DNA of 63,818 bases, filler included, from Reticulomyxa filosa (lineage: Eukaryota; Protista; Foraminifera), in NCBI GenBank assembly GCA_000512085.1. It is 11 parts of 11 records of this genome, joined end to end, with 100 filler letters (N's around TTAATTAATTAA, not from the genome) between each part and the next. Parts side by side here need not be neighbours in the genome. Positions count along the whole stretch, not along the records: positions 35,377 to 47,592 come from ASPP01007569.1; positions 47,693 to 53,304 come from ASPP01008652.1; positions 53,405 to 54,725 come from ASPP01038738.1; positions 54,826 to 56,765 come from ASPP01018489.1; 7 more parts are not named here. The stretch is one strand, 5' to 3'. Below are positions 41,901 through 55,376 of this stretch, in pieces. The notes under the pieces are model-generated. The model ran no database searches, was not told the DNA's origin, and worked only from the letters and a program-made list of their open reading frames with translations. The position numbers were made by a program, and so were the translations under genes. Numbering within the stretch: position 1 is the first letter of the stretch; every line of letters begins with the position of its first letter.

Positions 41901-42024
41901 TTCAGAGATTTTCGAACAAAACAAAACACAGTTCTCCAACATACCAAAAACTCAAGGTACTGTTGTCCTCCACATTTGATCCCACAATTTGCAGATGATC
42001 AATAAGGCCTGCTTGTGAATCCAT
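38935..42024 (-). CDS. SEY1: SEY1/RHD3 atlastin-like ER-fusion GTPase; multi-exon
   Basis: [20 protein letters not shown]...[42 protein letters not shown]; C-terminal TM hairpin [15 protein letters not shown]. Confidence 0.92.
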
Positions 42025-43028
42025 TCGTATTTTTAGCTTAAAACAAAATTAATAAGAAATTTGAAAAAAGGGAACTTTCAACGGCTTTCAACAAAAACTG
42101 TGGTTTACTTTTGTGTTCGTTTCCGTTAGCTAAAGTACGTTCATACCGTACTCCATTTTGTTCTTTTTAATTTTAAACTTTTGTTTTGCAATGTGTTGTT
42201 TGTTACTGAGTTACCACAAACGAATAAAATGGAAAACGCTATCTTTAGCAACACTATAGGCTTTCGACAAAAAATATTTGCATAATCACGTGTTGTATTC
42301 ACAGATTATCAATTCCTTTTCCATTTTCTCTTAGTCAGTAATATCATGCATGCTCAAGTTTTAAGTAATATGCATGACAATATTCTTTTAACTTAAATCT
42401 AAAGAAAATAACTACAAAAATAATTAAAGTTCACCACTCTTTAAAGAAACAATCAAATTAAATGAATATTTAAAACCTGTTAAAAAAAAACTTTCATGAA
42501 CTACAACACTTTTAAATGTTTTGAAAAATAGGATAAAATACTGTCTTCGGCATATTATCAATTTTCTAATATTTTTCTACTATTGCAGTTCACAAAGTAT
42601 TTGGCTACTTTGTTTTAACTGTGCCATAAACAGATTACTTAAAACAAGATCCGTGTTTTCTTTTAAGAATAAATTATTTTTCTTAAACCTTTGCATTGGA
42701 TTGTGTGAAAGTATTGTATTATTCATTACTTATCATTCACTTTTCACTTTTTGTAACCAAATGAAGTTGTAAATGATCAAAATATGTATATCTAAATTGT
42801 ACTTGTTGAGAGCTGCATTTAAACTTTATTTTGCATAGTATTAATAAAAAACGATAAGTATGATTATAAAATATAATTTACGTTAACATGGAATGTTTGA
42901 TTTTTCTTTATAGACAGACATTGTCCAAAACGTAAAATAAAGAAATGAAATTTATGTTTAGAAGAAATATGTTTAATACAAAAAATGAGGCAATGTATGG
43001 TTTCAAAAATTTGAAAAAATGTTGCACA

Positions 43029-44493
43029 TTATTTTTGAGGAGACACAACAGTCTCAGGTTGATGTTGTTGATCCTCAATATTGGTCATATTGGCAACTTG
43101 TTTAGCCAGAGTTTTTTTATCTTCTTCAATCTTTTGTCCATATGCCCCAAAACAAACTCCGATGACAATGAACATCCCTCCAAAGTATTGCAACAGAGCC
43201 ATTCTTTCGCCCAAAATCAGTGAGGCTAAGAAAATGGTAATAAAAGGTTGAAGATTAACGAAAAGACCAGCCAAAGCAGGTGATGTCCGTTTGATGGCAA
43301 ATGCGTTTAGCACGTTGGGTACTGACGACACGACCAAAGCTGAGCCAAGAAAGAAAAAAAAAGAAAGACAAGAATAAAAGCAATAAAGGAAAGGAATGAA
43401 AAGCAGAAGCAAAAGGATGGTGCAAAGAGACAAACCTCCATACATCATGGCCAGTGATTGGAAGAAAGTCATTTGCCGAATACGTTGAAAATGTTCGTGG
43501 AAATACGACGCGATGAAAGCAATGGAAATGAAGGCAAAGGTGAGAAATAAAAAGACGCAGCGAAAAGAGCCCCATTTGGAAACGACGCCTTTTTGAAAAA
43601 TGAGAAATAAGGCAAAACAAAAATAGGAAAGCAAAAAGCAAAGACAGCCCAAAATTTGCGAATAAATCAAACTGTCGCAAATCGAATATTCCCAGCACGC
43701 CGATCGACGCAGTGATGATACCAATCAATTTCCATCTGTTTAGTTGTTCCCATCGCAAAATGCCGGATATCATGGTCTCGGTGACTATCGGTATGAACGG
43801 TGTCATGACACCCGCCGTGGATGCATTTGTCAACCGAATGGCAAAGGTCGAGAACGACGTAGATAGAGTGATGCCTATGTGTCCACATACAAATCACGCG
43901 TTTGACGCAGATATTTGTCTGAGACAAATACAAGTCAAACCTACATTGCCCAATGCCCAAAGGACTAACACGCTTTTCCAATCGTCGATTAGAAAAAATA
44001 AAAATACGTTTTTTTTGGGAGGGACTTTTGGTGGATCTCTTTCAATCACTTTGTTGTCACTTGTGTCAACCTCTTTATTCAGAGTCGATTGTCTTGGCTC
44101 CAATTCCATCATTGGCTCACTTTCTACTTTCGCTGCTTCGTCTTTTGCCTTTGGCTCCATCTCGACGTTGTTCTCTAGTGATTTGTCTTTGTAGGACAAC
44201 AGCTGATACAACACTCTATTGCGCTTTGAAACCGTGGGTGTTGCGCTATGTAGTTGTGTGGGGGGCTTATCTTTTTCTACTTCGGAGGCCGACTTGTTTT
44301 CTTCTGTCAATAACGAACTGACAGTCATTATATACATAACAACAACTCCACCAAGAGTACGCAAAAACATGTAAATGTACGGATGCAGTACTGACAGAAC
44401 CACTTTGGCGCATATCGAATTAAACGAAAAAATGCATTGCACACAAAATAGTGCACCATAGACTTGGAACATTTCTAAATGGCAACGTCCCAT
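43029..44493 (-). CDS. EamA/DMT-superfamily transporter; multi-exon
   Basis: About 10 hydrophobic segments; AIKRTSPALAGLFVNLQPF..LASLILGERM...GGMFIVIGV; ISASNA/TNASTA. Confidence 0.82.
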
Positions 44494-45146
44494 TACTGTA
44501 GGCAGTTGACCTCAACAAAGTGGTTAAAAACTTGAGTTTTCGTCCCCTGGCTGTTCCAAATACTGTTTTGTCAACAAAACAACATATCAATGCTTAGGTA
44601 CCTGAAACAAGAAAGTAAGGACAAATTTTTTGCAATATTCACATTTGGATCAATGATTTATTAGGAATAGAGTGGAGTAGGCGATTAAATAGAATTATAC
44701 AGACGCTTCAAACAATTTCTCTGACTGGAGTATATTCTTTTGGTATTATTTCCATGTTTGAAAATGCACCATCGTAGATTTTGTGCAATAAAAAATGCAC
44801 ACATATTCACAGTTAAAGACTATGCGTGTACAATTGCAGATTGCACTATAGCAAGCTTTCAATCAGTGCCCATTATAGAGAGATAATAAAAGTTAACAAC
44901 TAAAGCTGCATTTTTAGAGTAATCGATGCTTTTCATCAAAATAAAATTTTTTCAGGGTTAAATTATATTGCTAAACATTTCAAATAATGAAACAGCATAG
45001 GTACAAATCTGAAGAGAACGGTAATTGCAATTAACTTACCTCCAAAGAAAAATCCCTTTTTAAATGTTAGCAAATTTTGAACACGGGTATTTGTGTCATA
45101 ATTAATGTGATTGTTGTGGTATCTTAACAGAAAGTATATTCGCAAA

Positions 45147-47592
45147 ATGAGTAGATCAGAATCTCCTTTGGATTTTCGGGTAGAGTGAATACACAAAATC
45201 GTTGTTTAAAAAAGTCCAATTTTCCCTCCAAGTGTTTCCTCTTGACTCCAAAAAAAAATATTTTAAAAAATGTAGATTGGTGACGTGTTGCTGTTGACAG
45301 ACAAAACTCTCGGCGTAGTGTATTTTATTGGAAATGTGCATTGGGGTAATTTTGTGTTTTCTCCAATCCCAAAAGGGCATTTTTTTTTACGCTTGTGGTT
45401 TGAATTTACAGACAACAAGAAAGTCCATGTTGGATTGGAGTTTTGCGGTTTGTGTGCGTTTCTGTGTTCTGTAAATACAAATGATTATGAATATATAGCT
45501 AATATGCATTCATAATCAATAAGAGGAAGAGGAGAGAAAAAAAAGAGTAATAACCCCCATTGTGATTGCCATAACAATATGACGAACAAAGAACCAATCG
45601 AGAACGGACATGACGGGAAGGTGAATGACATAAGATACTTTGTTTGTGAAAACGGAAAAGGAAAGATAGTACCAATTGACACAATCATTCGACCTGTTTA
45701 TCCACGAGTTCGGAGTTTGTTTTGAAAAAAAAAGAATTGAAGTGGAATATCTGTTGATGATACGATACGTCCAACAAATACTTTAAAAAAAAAAGGAGTT
45801 ATTGGATACCGTGAGTGTGTTACACAATAATTTATGGAAGCAAAAGACACAAACAAATGAACTGCAACAACGATTATCGGATGCAACAATTACGACTACT
45901 GTTCTCAAAACGGAAGTTGCAAGAGTTTTGTTTGTTTTTCTTTTTTTTAAAAAAAAATATTTATTTATTTTTTTTTTTAAAAAGTTGATTCAACAAAAAC
46001 GCGAATTGGAAGAGCGGATGGCAAAGTTGGAAGCTGAAAGATGGAAAGACAATGATGGCAAACACGTTCGTAGACAAAGCAGCAAGACACCAAATGAGAG
46101 AACAACAAGCCGAAGTGGACAGAACGTCCGAGTGCAACATTCGGAAATTGGCGCGGACGCGATGACGAATCCAGTCGCAATGCAATCCCGTTCACAAACC
46201 GAGGGAACTGATGACTATGATCTCAGTCTAGTGACGGAGTCGTACGAAGATGCAAAGCCCGTTCAAAGGAAAGAGCAAAACAATACTTGCAATAAGTGCA
46301 TACCACCTTCAATAGGCGGACATTCTCCACAGTCTTCGCAAGATGAATTGGATCGGCGCAAAAAAACGTGTGATAGTGATCTGACGGTGATTGTACGAAC
46401 TTCCCCAAAGTAATATATATAATATATATGTATATATATTTTTTTTTTTTTGCAAATTGCAGTGTGCCTTTTTCGTATACGTTGACATATGATATGTGAC
46501 AGAGAGGGTACCACAGCGTTTACAAACGACATTCCGACGGACCAAAGGTTATCCAAGACGCCAGGACATTCGACAATGAGATCGAAGAAAGAGTCCTGGC
46601 ATGCGACGGACAGCCCTTTGTCGAACGGATATTGCATCCCGACCGATTCGCCGCCAAAGCGAGTCAACTATCCGAATCCACACGCAGAAAGACATATCAC
46701 TGATCGGCATGTTTCCATTCAACCCATCAATGTCCATGTTCAACGCAAGGACACAGAAAAGACGAGACCCAGAATAGGCAGCGTTGGTCAAAGGCAGGAT
46801 CGTTATATTGTACCTCCTTCCAATGAAAGGATTTTCTTCAAAAGGAATCAGCCCCACCACGGCGCTCCTTCTCGTCGGTAAGTGCTTTACTGAAGCTCCC
46901 CAAAGATAAGCAATGCTCACTGAGCATTTCGACATATATACATATATGTATACGTATAAATGTATGCGTGCATGATGCATGTGTGAGACAGTGTCCCTCC
47001 CCGATCTGCGCCCACCTCGCCTGAGCCGACACCGGCCAGTTCGTTTACGGCGAACCGCTTGCTTCGCGATCGAATGGCCGTGGGTTTTATGTTGATCGAC
47101 GATACGTTACACCACTCCAGTCCAAATCCGGACCCGAGTGTTAGTCCCGGCGCTCAGATCGATGGAAGTGCCAAGAGGTCTTGGAAGACGATCGAAGGTG
47201 TGGATCACGACGCCCATTCCAATCCTCGATTACGTCCAACTCGCAATCCGAGCATTGATGCAAAGACAAGCGCACAGAGGCCAATGGCTGAGACGTTGGT
47301 TCGTTCCAACGTCGCAAGCGATTGGCCGAGAAAACACGCGGACAAAAGGCCCTTTGAACACAAAGACAGATACCAAACAAAGGGTTCCACGAAGATGGAT
47401 CCAACAGTGCAAATACTCAACGATGACGCAGAGTCGCCTGTGGATGTTCCGCAAGCGCCTGTTGTTACTTGGCCTTCTGAGTTACCGGTTATACCAACCT
47501 CTGAAGAGGAAAAGCCCGATTTGGACGGTGAAAGTGATGGCAGTGAAGAAGAAGAAGAAGAAGAAGACAATGAAGAAGAAGAAGAAGAAGAA
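45147..47592 (+). CDS. CAP-Gly domain protein with coiled coil and disordered acidic tail (3'-truncated by the spacer)
   Basis: Spliced MSRSESPLDFR/IGDVLLLTDKTLGVVYFIGNVHW/DNKKVHVGLE../EPIENGHDGKVNDIRYFVCENGKGKIV. The domain is split over small exons missed by the ORF track. Confidence 0.72.
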
Positions 47593-47829
47593 NNNNNNNN
47601 NNNNNNNNNNNNNNNNNNNNNNNNNNNNNNNNNNNNTTAATTAATTAANNNNNNNNNNNNNNNNNNNNNNNNNNNNNNNNNNNNNNNNNNNNCCCCCCCC
47701 CCCCTTTTCCTCCGCTCCGAAAGAGGAGGGGCTCTTGAAAAGAAAAAGGAGGAAGGAAAATAAAAATTAAAAAAGGGGCCAATTATACTTTTGAATTGGA
47801 ATTTGATCTTTTCGCAAGGACAATGTGCG

Positions 47830-49480
47830 TTACATTTGTGTTTGTGTCGGCAAAGGGCTCTGAACTCCATCGCGGTCTTCTTGCGAAGTTGCACACGAGC
47901 CATAGACAGGATTAAATAGTGGAGGGTCTTGGGAAAAGGATAGAGTGTGTGCAAACTCCTTTCCTTGCCATTGCAATGTCTCTTGTCCATCATTGTCGTT
48001 GTTGCTGTTTATTGCCATTGTCGTAATCAGTCTTTGGCATAATGTCTCCATTGGACGTACCAACTGGTGTCTGTGATATGCTCTGCGCTTTGGCTCAGGA
48101 CAGCTTGTACTCGAATAGTATACGTTTCCGTATGCTTTCTTGCCGCTTGCGACACAACAATGCCTGGCTCCACACTTTGTACCAATAGTGTTCTTATTGG
48201 GACAGGAGCCACTGTGGTGGAATGCAAATGGGTATTTGTCTGCACAAGACGGCGCGAAGGGATCGGTGCAGGTGCAGGTACAGGCGCAGGGACAGATACA
48301 GCCGCTACATTAGATAAAATAACGGGAAGGACGCAACAATAAAGACTGTTCGTGGGGATGGTAGTCATACGCAATCGAGGCGATTGAAAAGCGTACACCC
48401 AAAATGTATTTTTTTTCTATCTTTCTTCCTTTCTTTCATACGTACACATACACACTCTTTTCTTATTGTTTTTTCTTTCCCTCTTTTTTTTTTTTTTAGT
48501 TAAGTGGTACCTGTGATTGAAAAATAAAAATGAGCATTTCCTTGATCGACGTCACATATGTTTCTCTCAAAGGTCGTGGTCATAGTGCTGCCACACTCCG
48601 ATGTCGTTATGATTACCATGGTATTGGTGGGACGGATGAGCGTGGGATCGGCGCATGGTTTGGACTCTTCATCATGAGAGTGCTTTGTGTATGTATTTGA
48701 CTCGCGTGCATGGACGCGAAGGGCGGAGGAAACAAAAGATGGAGGGTGGAACATTAACTGGCTCCATCTTTGCGTGTACATTGCCATTTGCATTTGCAGC
48801 TGCAATTGAAGTTGAATTTGGGATCGGAACAGCAACAATTCAATTCCATTGGCAAGTAAATATTGCTGCAAATACTTGTGCAATTGTGTGCCTCAACTTA
48901 TGCTTGTCTTGGTTTGATTTTAATATGTCGTGGGAAATACTCCACCAAACTCTTTGCGATATGTGGAACGGCTGTTACATCGTCGTGTTTCGATCTGACA
49001 GCGCTTCCATTACTAGTCTCTGCAGCATGCCTTCGACGTCTTTCAATGCTATTCGATACGTCGTCTTGTAAAAATGACTACGTCGCTCCATCAGCAAATA
49101 GATCTAGAAACATCCATGTATACATGTACTATATAATATATATTTATATGTATGCTTTTTTTTTTAATGAGTAAAAAACGTGAGCTTAGTGATCTGGAAT
49201 ACTGTATAAGCGTTCCAGCAGATATTGACCGCATTCGACAGGTTTTTTTGAGACAATATTTATGGATTGCACACTCTGAAAAAAAACGGTTTTGTAAAGT
49301 TACAAATACACACAAAAAAAGAAAATAACCAGTTGTTGCAAACTTGACGAAGCCGTTATCAGAGATTTTTGGACACCATTCCTTGTAACTGGACCAGTTG
49401 TCATGGTTACTCGAACTTTGCACCCCCCGTTTTGTTGATTCTTGCCAGACTTTGTAGTTCTAGTTTTGTTGTCCAAAAAT
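47830..49480 (-). CDS. Hypothetical spliced coding region(s)
   Basis: GC-richer blocks separated by intron-like AT tracts (e.g. WSSYKEWCPKISDNGFVKFA, IYLLMERRSHFYKTTYRIALKDVEGMLQ); no family recognised. Confidence 0.3.
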
Positions 49481-49698
49481 TTTACCACAGTATAAGATAT
49501 ATAAATAGCTAATTCTTGTTGTATTCATTCTGTTTGCTGGCATTTCCACTTTTCCTGTTCGACTATTTTTTTAACTAGAGCTCAGCAAAGATTTTAACAG
49601 TATAACAAGCTTTTTTTTTTTTTTTGCTTGTTTCCTGTTTAAAGAATCATTAAGCTACTGAGAAGCGACCATAAACGGTCCCATTTGTTTGCGTTCAG

Positions 49699-51908
49699 AT
49701 GAAGACAAGTATCGGCAAGTTAGATGGAGTTATGCAAAATCTCTTTGAAACCTTGCCTTCTCTAACCGGACCCGCTTACACACAATGTGTGGTCCACAAT
49801 TACGAGCTCCTCCTTTGTGGGGGTTATCAAAATAATGAGTGTTACTCCTACCATACTCTCAAAAAGCAGTACAAGCGGATCTGCTCTTACCCAAAGACCT
49901 TCATCTTGCGCGAGCACTGTGTAATAAAGCTTGCGAGCAAAAATAAAAATGAAATAATCTTATTGTCTTTTGGTGGGTCAATCAATTGTACCTTGATGAT
50001 GAGATATGTAAGTGTTTGGAATGACGAAAAAAAAAAAGAAGAAATTGCAATTGAAGATATAAAACAAATCAATAGCAATAAATGGGTTCCTTTCACTGAT
50101 AATAATAACAATCCAATCAACATTGAAGAAAAGCAAGGTGACTATGCTGAAGCGCGTGCAATAGTTGGTGGAAGCAACAATACTTTGTTATTTATAACGT
50201 ATCCTCCACATGGTATTGATGTGTTTGATTTAGCCTCATTCCAGCGCGTGTATCGTGATAATTTGCCAACTGGATGGATCCGTTTTCATTGCTTCCTATC
50301 GAGAACAGGAAATGGATTGACAATAACGAATAAGAAGCATGAAATGCTGTTATTTTGTGGAAATGAAGGACTATCAATGGAATATGATGAAGATAACAAA
50401 ACATTTCAATTTAATAAATTACCAGTTGCTGCAACAATCAAACCTTATCATCGTTATGGCTGTGTGTATGTTGATGAATTCATCTTTTTTTTTGGTGGAG
50501 CAGATTATTGGAATGTATTAAAAACGATGCACGTATTTTCAATGCAAGAAATGCAATGGATAAAATTTGACAATTTTTTCTTCTCTCCAGTTTGTAACTG
50601 TATTGCAGTACTTAATGAATACAACGCAACGATACACCTCATTGGAGGACAAGATGGTAATGGTAATGAGTTGTCAGGACACATGAAACTGAATGTTAAG
50701 GACTTGAAAGGACAATGCGCAGGAGCTTATGAGATAAGAAGAGAGATTCAAGCTATGAAAAAAGAGATGAACAAATTGGGCCAAGAATTGCAAATAAAGA
50801 AATTGAAGAAAGTTGAGTTTTTTTTTTTTGCTACATTTATGGAAGAAAGGCTTATAAAAATAAAAAAATAGAAGCGAGACAATATTCAAATGATAACCAC
50901 AAACTGGCATCGGCTATTGTTCGTCAGAATGTCTTGGATTACTGACTTGAGCACTCTTATTTCGCGATATGTTTTGGTATATTATGCTGTCGCTTATCTT
51001 ACAACACACTCGAAATGTAAATACATAAATAGGTAAGATACTTCAAATCATTAAAAGTAATCCAAGGGCACACCGATTATGTCAATAGTGTAAAATTTTC
51101 ACCAGACGGTTGCAAGTTTGTTTCATCTTCGAATGATAAAACAGTAATTATATGGGATGTTGCGTCAGGAAAACAAATTCAAATTTTGAACAGTCATTCA
51201 AAAGCAGTTAAATATGCACAATTTTCACCAGATGGAAATATGATTATGTCTTGTTCAATGGATAAAACTATTCGATTATGGGATGTGAAATTAGAAAAAG
51301 AAATAAAGATTCTGCAGCATGAAAGAGGTGTCAGAAGTGCTCATCTTTCGCCGGATGGAACTACTATTGTCTCAAGTTCATGTGACAAAACAATTCAATT
51401 ATGGGATGTACATTCTGGGAACATGGCGAAAAAAATTTCATATAATGCAAATAATGTGCGATTTTCACCAGATGGTAAAAAGTTTATATCATCATCTGAT
51501 GATAACTACATTATTTTGTGGAATGTTCAAACAGGAGAACTTATAACATCACTAGTACAACATGCTTCTGCAATTAGAGCACAATTTTCTCACGATAGTC
51601 AATATATTGTGTCTTGTTCTGGTGGAAATATAATTCGAATATGGGATGTCGATACAAGAAAAGAAATAAAAAAATTAAAAGGGCATAAAGACAAAGTAGC
51701 TGATGCAATATTTTTTCCAGATTCTCAAACTATTGTATCATGTTCAGATGATAAAACAATTCGTTTATGGGACTTGCAACTGGGGATTGGGATGCAGAAA
51801 TTGATAGGACATACTGATTACGTAACAGATGTGGATGTTTCACCAGATGGTAATACAATTGTGTCTGCTTCTAATGATAAGACGATACAGTTGTGGAGAA
51901 TATTTTAA
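49699..51908 (+). CDS. Kelch-like propeller + coiled coil + 33-aa module + WD40 propeller; 3 exons
   Basis: LLLCGG..CYSYH, AIVGG, FFFGG, IHLIGG Kelch motifs. Phase-0 introns link to VRYFKSLKVIQGH..FSPDG..WD repeats. Confidence 0.85.
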
Positions 51909-52069
51909 AACTTAATTTTTAACAAATAATTTAGTAACATAAAAAATGAAATAAAGCAGTTAGTTGGATTTTTTTTTGAACATTTATTAATTTTGCAAGC
52001 AATTACCAAACTTTTTTTTTTTTTTTTTTTTCTTCACTTGAAAAGTTTCAAACTTTTTTATACTTCATG

Positions 52070-53234
52070 TCATCCCCATAATCGGATTGTTTGATCCCAA
52101 GACCATGACACAATCGTATATCCGTCTGGTGAAAATTGTGCTCCGAGTACAATATTTATATGACCTTTCAATTTTTGCAACTCTTGACGTGATTTAATAT
52201 CTAACACTAGAATTGTTTTGTCCCAATGGCACGTTATTATAGAGGAGCCATCAGGTGAAAATTTTGCTGTGGACATAAGATGTGCAACACCGAACCATTT
52301 TTGTACCTCTTTACCAGATACGATATCCCATATCCGAATTGTTTCATCTTGAAGGCATGCAACGGCATAACAACCATCTGGAGAAAATTGTATTCCTCTA
52401 CCAAGTCTTGCATTTAGCGTTATTATTTTAGTTTCTTTTCCTGATAGTACATCCCACAATCGAATTGTTTTGTCAAAAGAACATGATATAATTGTATGTC
52501 CATCAGGTGAAAATTGAACACCTGTCACAACATCAGAGTGTCCTTGTAATTGCATAATCTCAGTTGTTACTGCAATATTCCATATCCTGATGGTTTTATC
52601 ATAGCTGCTTGAGGCAAGTAATTTGCCATCTGGAGAAAAGGCGACACAAGACACAGACTGGACATGTCCATCAAATTTTTTTTCTTCCCGTCCCGACTTG
52701 ACATTCCATATCCGAACTATTTTGTCAGATGAACAGGACGCTATAGTAAAACCATCTGGTGAAAATTTTACGTCTAATACACTACCAGAACACCCTTGAA
52801 ATGATCGAAGCTGCCGTCCTGATTCAACACTCCATAATCGAATTATCGCATCGGTCGAACAGGATACAATTGTGTTACTGTCTGGTGAGAAGTCAATGCT
52901 TGTCACATGAATTAGATGTCCTTTAAATGCTCGTAACTCCTTAAACTCTTTCATCTATGTAGGAATCAGTGCGTGTTATTTATATCCGACAATTCGAATA
53001 GAAACATAGAAAGTGCATCAAACATATTTGGTAATGATTTTGTTGAAATCTTTAATCCATCCACGCTTGATATTCACGGACCTAATCCAATGCTCTACAA
53101 TACTTTCAACTTTTGTTTCATTCTATTTTTTGTGTTTTTGTTTTGTTTTTCTTAGTTAGCAGGTCATTGTTTTAGTAATAACCATTGAGACAACGCCTTC
53201 TATTGCACTAGATTTTGCTGATTGCTTATTCATC
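52070..53234 (-). CDS. WD40-repeat protein with N-terminal 33-aa module; 3 exons
   Basis: Seven GH/FSPDG/IRxW repeats; upstream exons MNKQSAKSSAIEGVVSM and NETKVESIVEHWIRSVNIKRGWIKDFNKIITKY. Confidence 0.88.
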
Positions 53235-55376
53235 TTTTACAAATTCCAATTTCACAATTCGGACTCAAAATAGATAATATAAAAAAGGGAATTCACGACG
53301 CATCNNNNNNNNNNNNNNNNNNNNNNNNNNNNNNNNNNNNNNNNNNNNTTAATTAATTAANNNNNNNNNNNNNNNNNNNNNNNNNNNNNNNNNNNNNNNN
53401 NNNNACTTTTGTTTTATTTGTATGTAATAAGCGAATATGATTTTGTCAATGCTTTTTTTTTTTGTTCGGAGTTGAAAATATTGCAACAGTAACAAGTGGA
53501 CAGACCAAGAAATGTGATAATGCTAGTCCGCTATTCATTTATAATTGGCCAAAGTGCAAAGTTATTGAAGTCATTAAATCGGTAAAATTGTTCTCAAGAG
53601 CGTGCTGAATGTTTTTTAGGTATCAACAAATGCCGGGTTTTGTCTGTTTGTGTCAGAACAAAAGAAGAAAAATTTAAACTGAAATTGCTTATCGTGCATC
53701 CGAAAAAAATACTTGTATGATAAAAAATATTAAATAGATTGGATTATATAAATATCTTATGAATTTTATGCTTCAATTGTGAACAACAAAAAAAGATGTA
53801 AAGAGTTGTCATCTTTTTCTTCGTTTCACAGACTGAACGAGATTGCTGATGAAAGAAATACCAATTATAAAATACATTGTTTATGATATTTTTTTGTGTG
53901 AGGATTTTTTTAATTTTGAATAATATTTGTATTGTTTTATAGCTTGAAGTCACGATAAATCAAGGGTGTGTCGGAGTTTTAACTGTTTCGGGAACACTAG
54001 GAAAAAAGTTGGCGCAAGTTGACAATGAAATGCCGAACGTTTTTTTCCGAACAATGATATCGGATTTTTATTTGATAATGTTCAACTAGTTTTTGGCTTG
54101 CTGAATTGAAGACAATGGTTCAAATCATGAACGCAAACAGTGATAACGACGTGGCTCCGAATGATAATAATTTGTATATATTGAAAAGGATTAATTTGCA
54201 TTTGATATAGCGCTTGCAATGGTATTGATTATTGTATGATATGTCGTTTTCGAGTGTCAATTTGTGAAAATCATTAATTAGAATCAGAATTTTTTTTCAC
54301 AAATTGATTTACTTGATCATAATAACAATTTTTACTGTACGGTCAAGATCAGACAAGTGTTGCTATCATATCATGCGTTTTCAAGATAGTAAAGTCGTGG
54401 ACAATTGGTAACTTGTTGCAAATGAATGGCAAGAGTTTGATTGTATTGCGAAAAATGATGAATGCAATCGTCCAGAAAGCAATTATCCTGCACCAACTAA
54501 GGAGAACAGATGGAAGTGGTTAAAGGCAAATTTTATGTAGCACGAACACGTGATTATACTTGGAGGCATTATTTTGCTTGTGATTGGAGTTGCAGCATTT
54601 TCAGTTGTCGCTGGGGTAGCAACAATTGTTGATCAAGATATTCATACTTGGAGCAAAAGCAACATCACTGGAAAAATCACATGATAAAATCAAGAGCAGA
54701 AAATCCTAGTGACATTGGACAAGGANNNNNNNNNNNNNNNNNNNNNNNNNNNNNNNNNNNNNNNNNNNNTTAATTAATTAANNNNNNNNNNNNNNNNNNN
54801 NNNNNNNNNNNNNNNNNNNNNNNNNATAATTACCAACTGCGAAGGATTCCACACACGCACTTTTGTCTTCATGTGAGTTGATAATGTTGTATTCTTGTCT
54901 TTTTGTCCTCTAATGATATATATTAGTACTGTCTTCACGCAGCATTGCAACGCAGTCAAACAATTGACTGGGTAAAATGTATATAAATTAGTATATCGAT
55001 ATTATCAAATTTATAAATGATAAATAATAAATGATTGTTGCTTTTACTAATCAATGCACATGCTCCTTTACCACCGTGATTGTATTGAACTTGTTTTTCG
55101 TCGCTAAGAGTTGTCATTCTTTCAACTTTTTTAGAACAATGAAGAGGGTTGTCAAAAATATTTTAACCATAAGAAAAAAAATTCAACAATATTGTGATTT
55201 TTCTTTTCCAATAAAGACGTTTTTTATTTCAAAAAGTTTTGAATTTTTTTGGGTTTTGAAGTTTTTGGAAAAGAAAAGGTTTTGTTTAAGGGCTGAATTT
55301 TTTTTTGTGTTTCCCTTCTTTTTTTAAAATCATTTTGTCATGATAGCATAAAACGAGCTCAAGAGAAAAAACAAGA

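Noticed and set aside
53405-54725. Possible decayed membrane-protein gene
   Set aside because: Only interrupted fragments (one TM-like stretch); no recognisable family.
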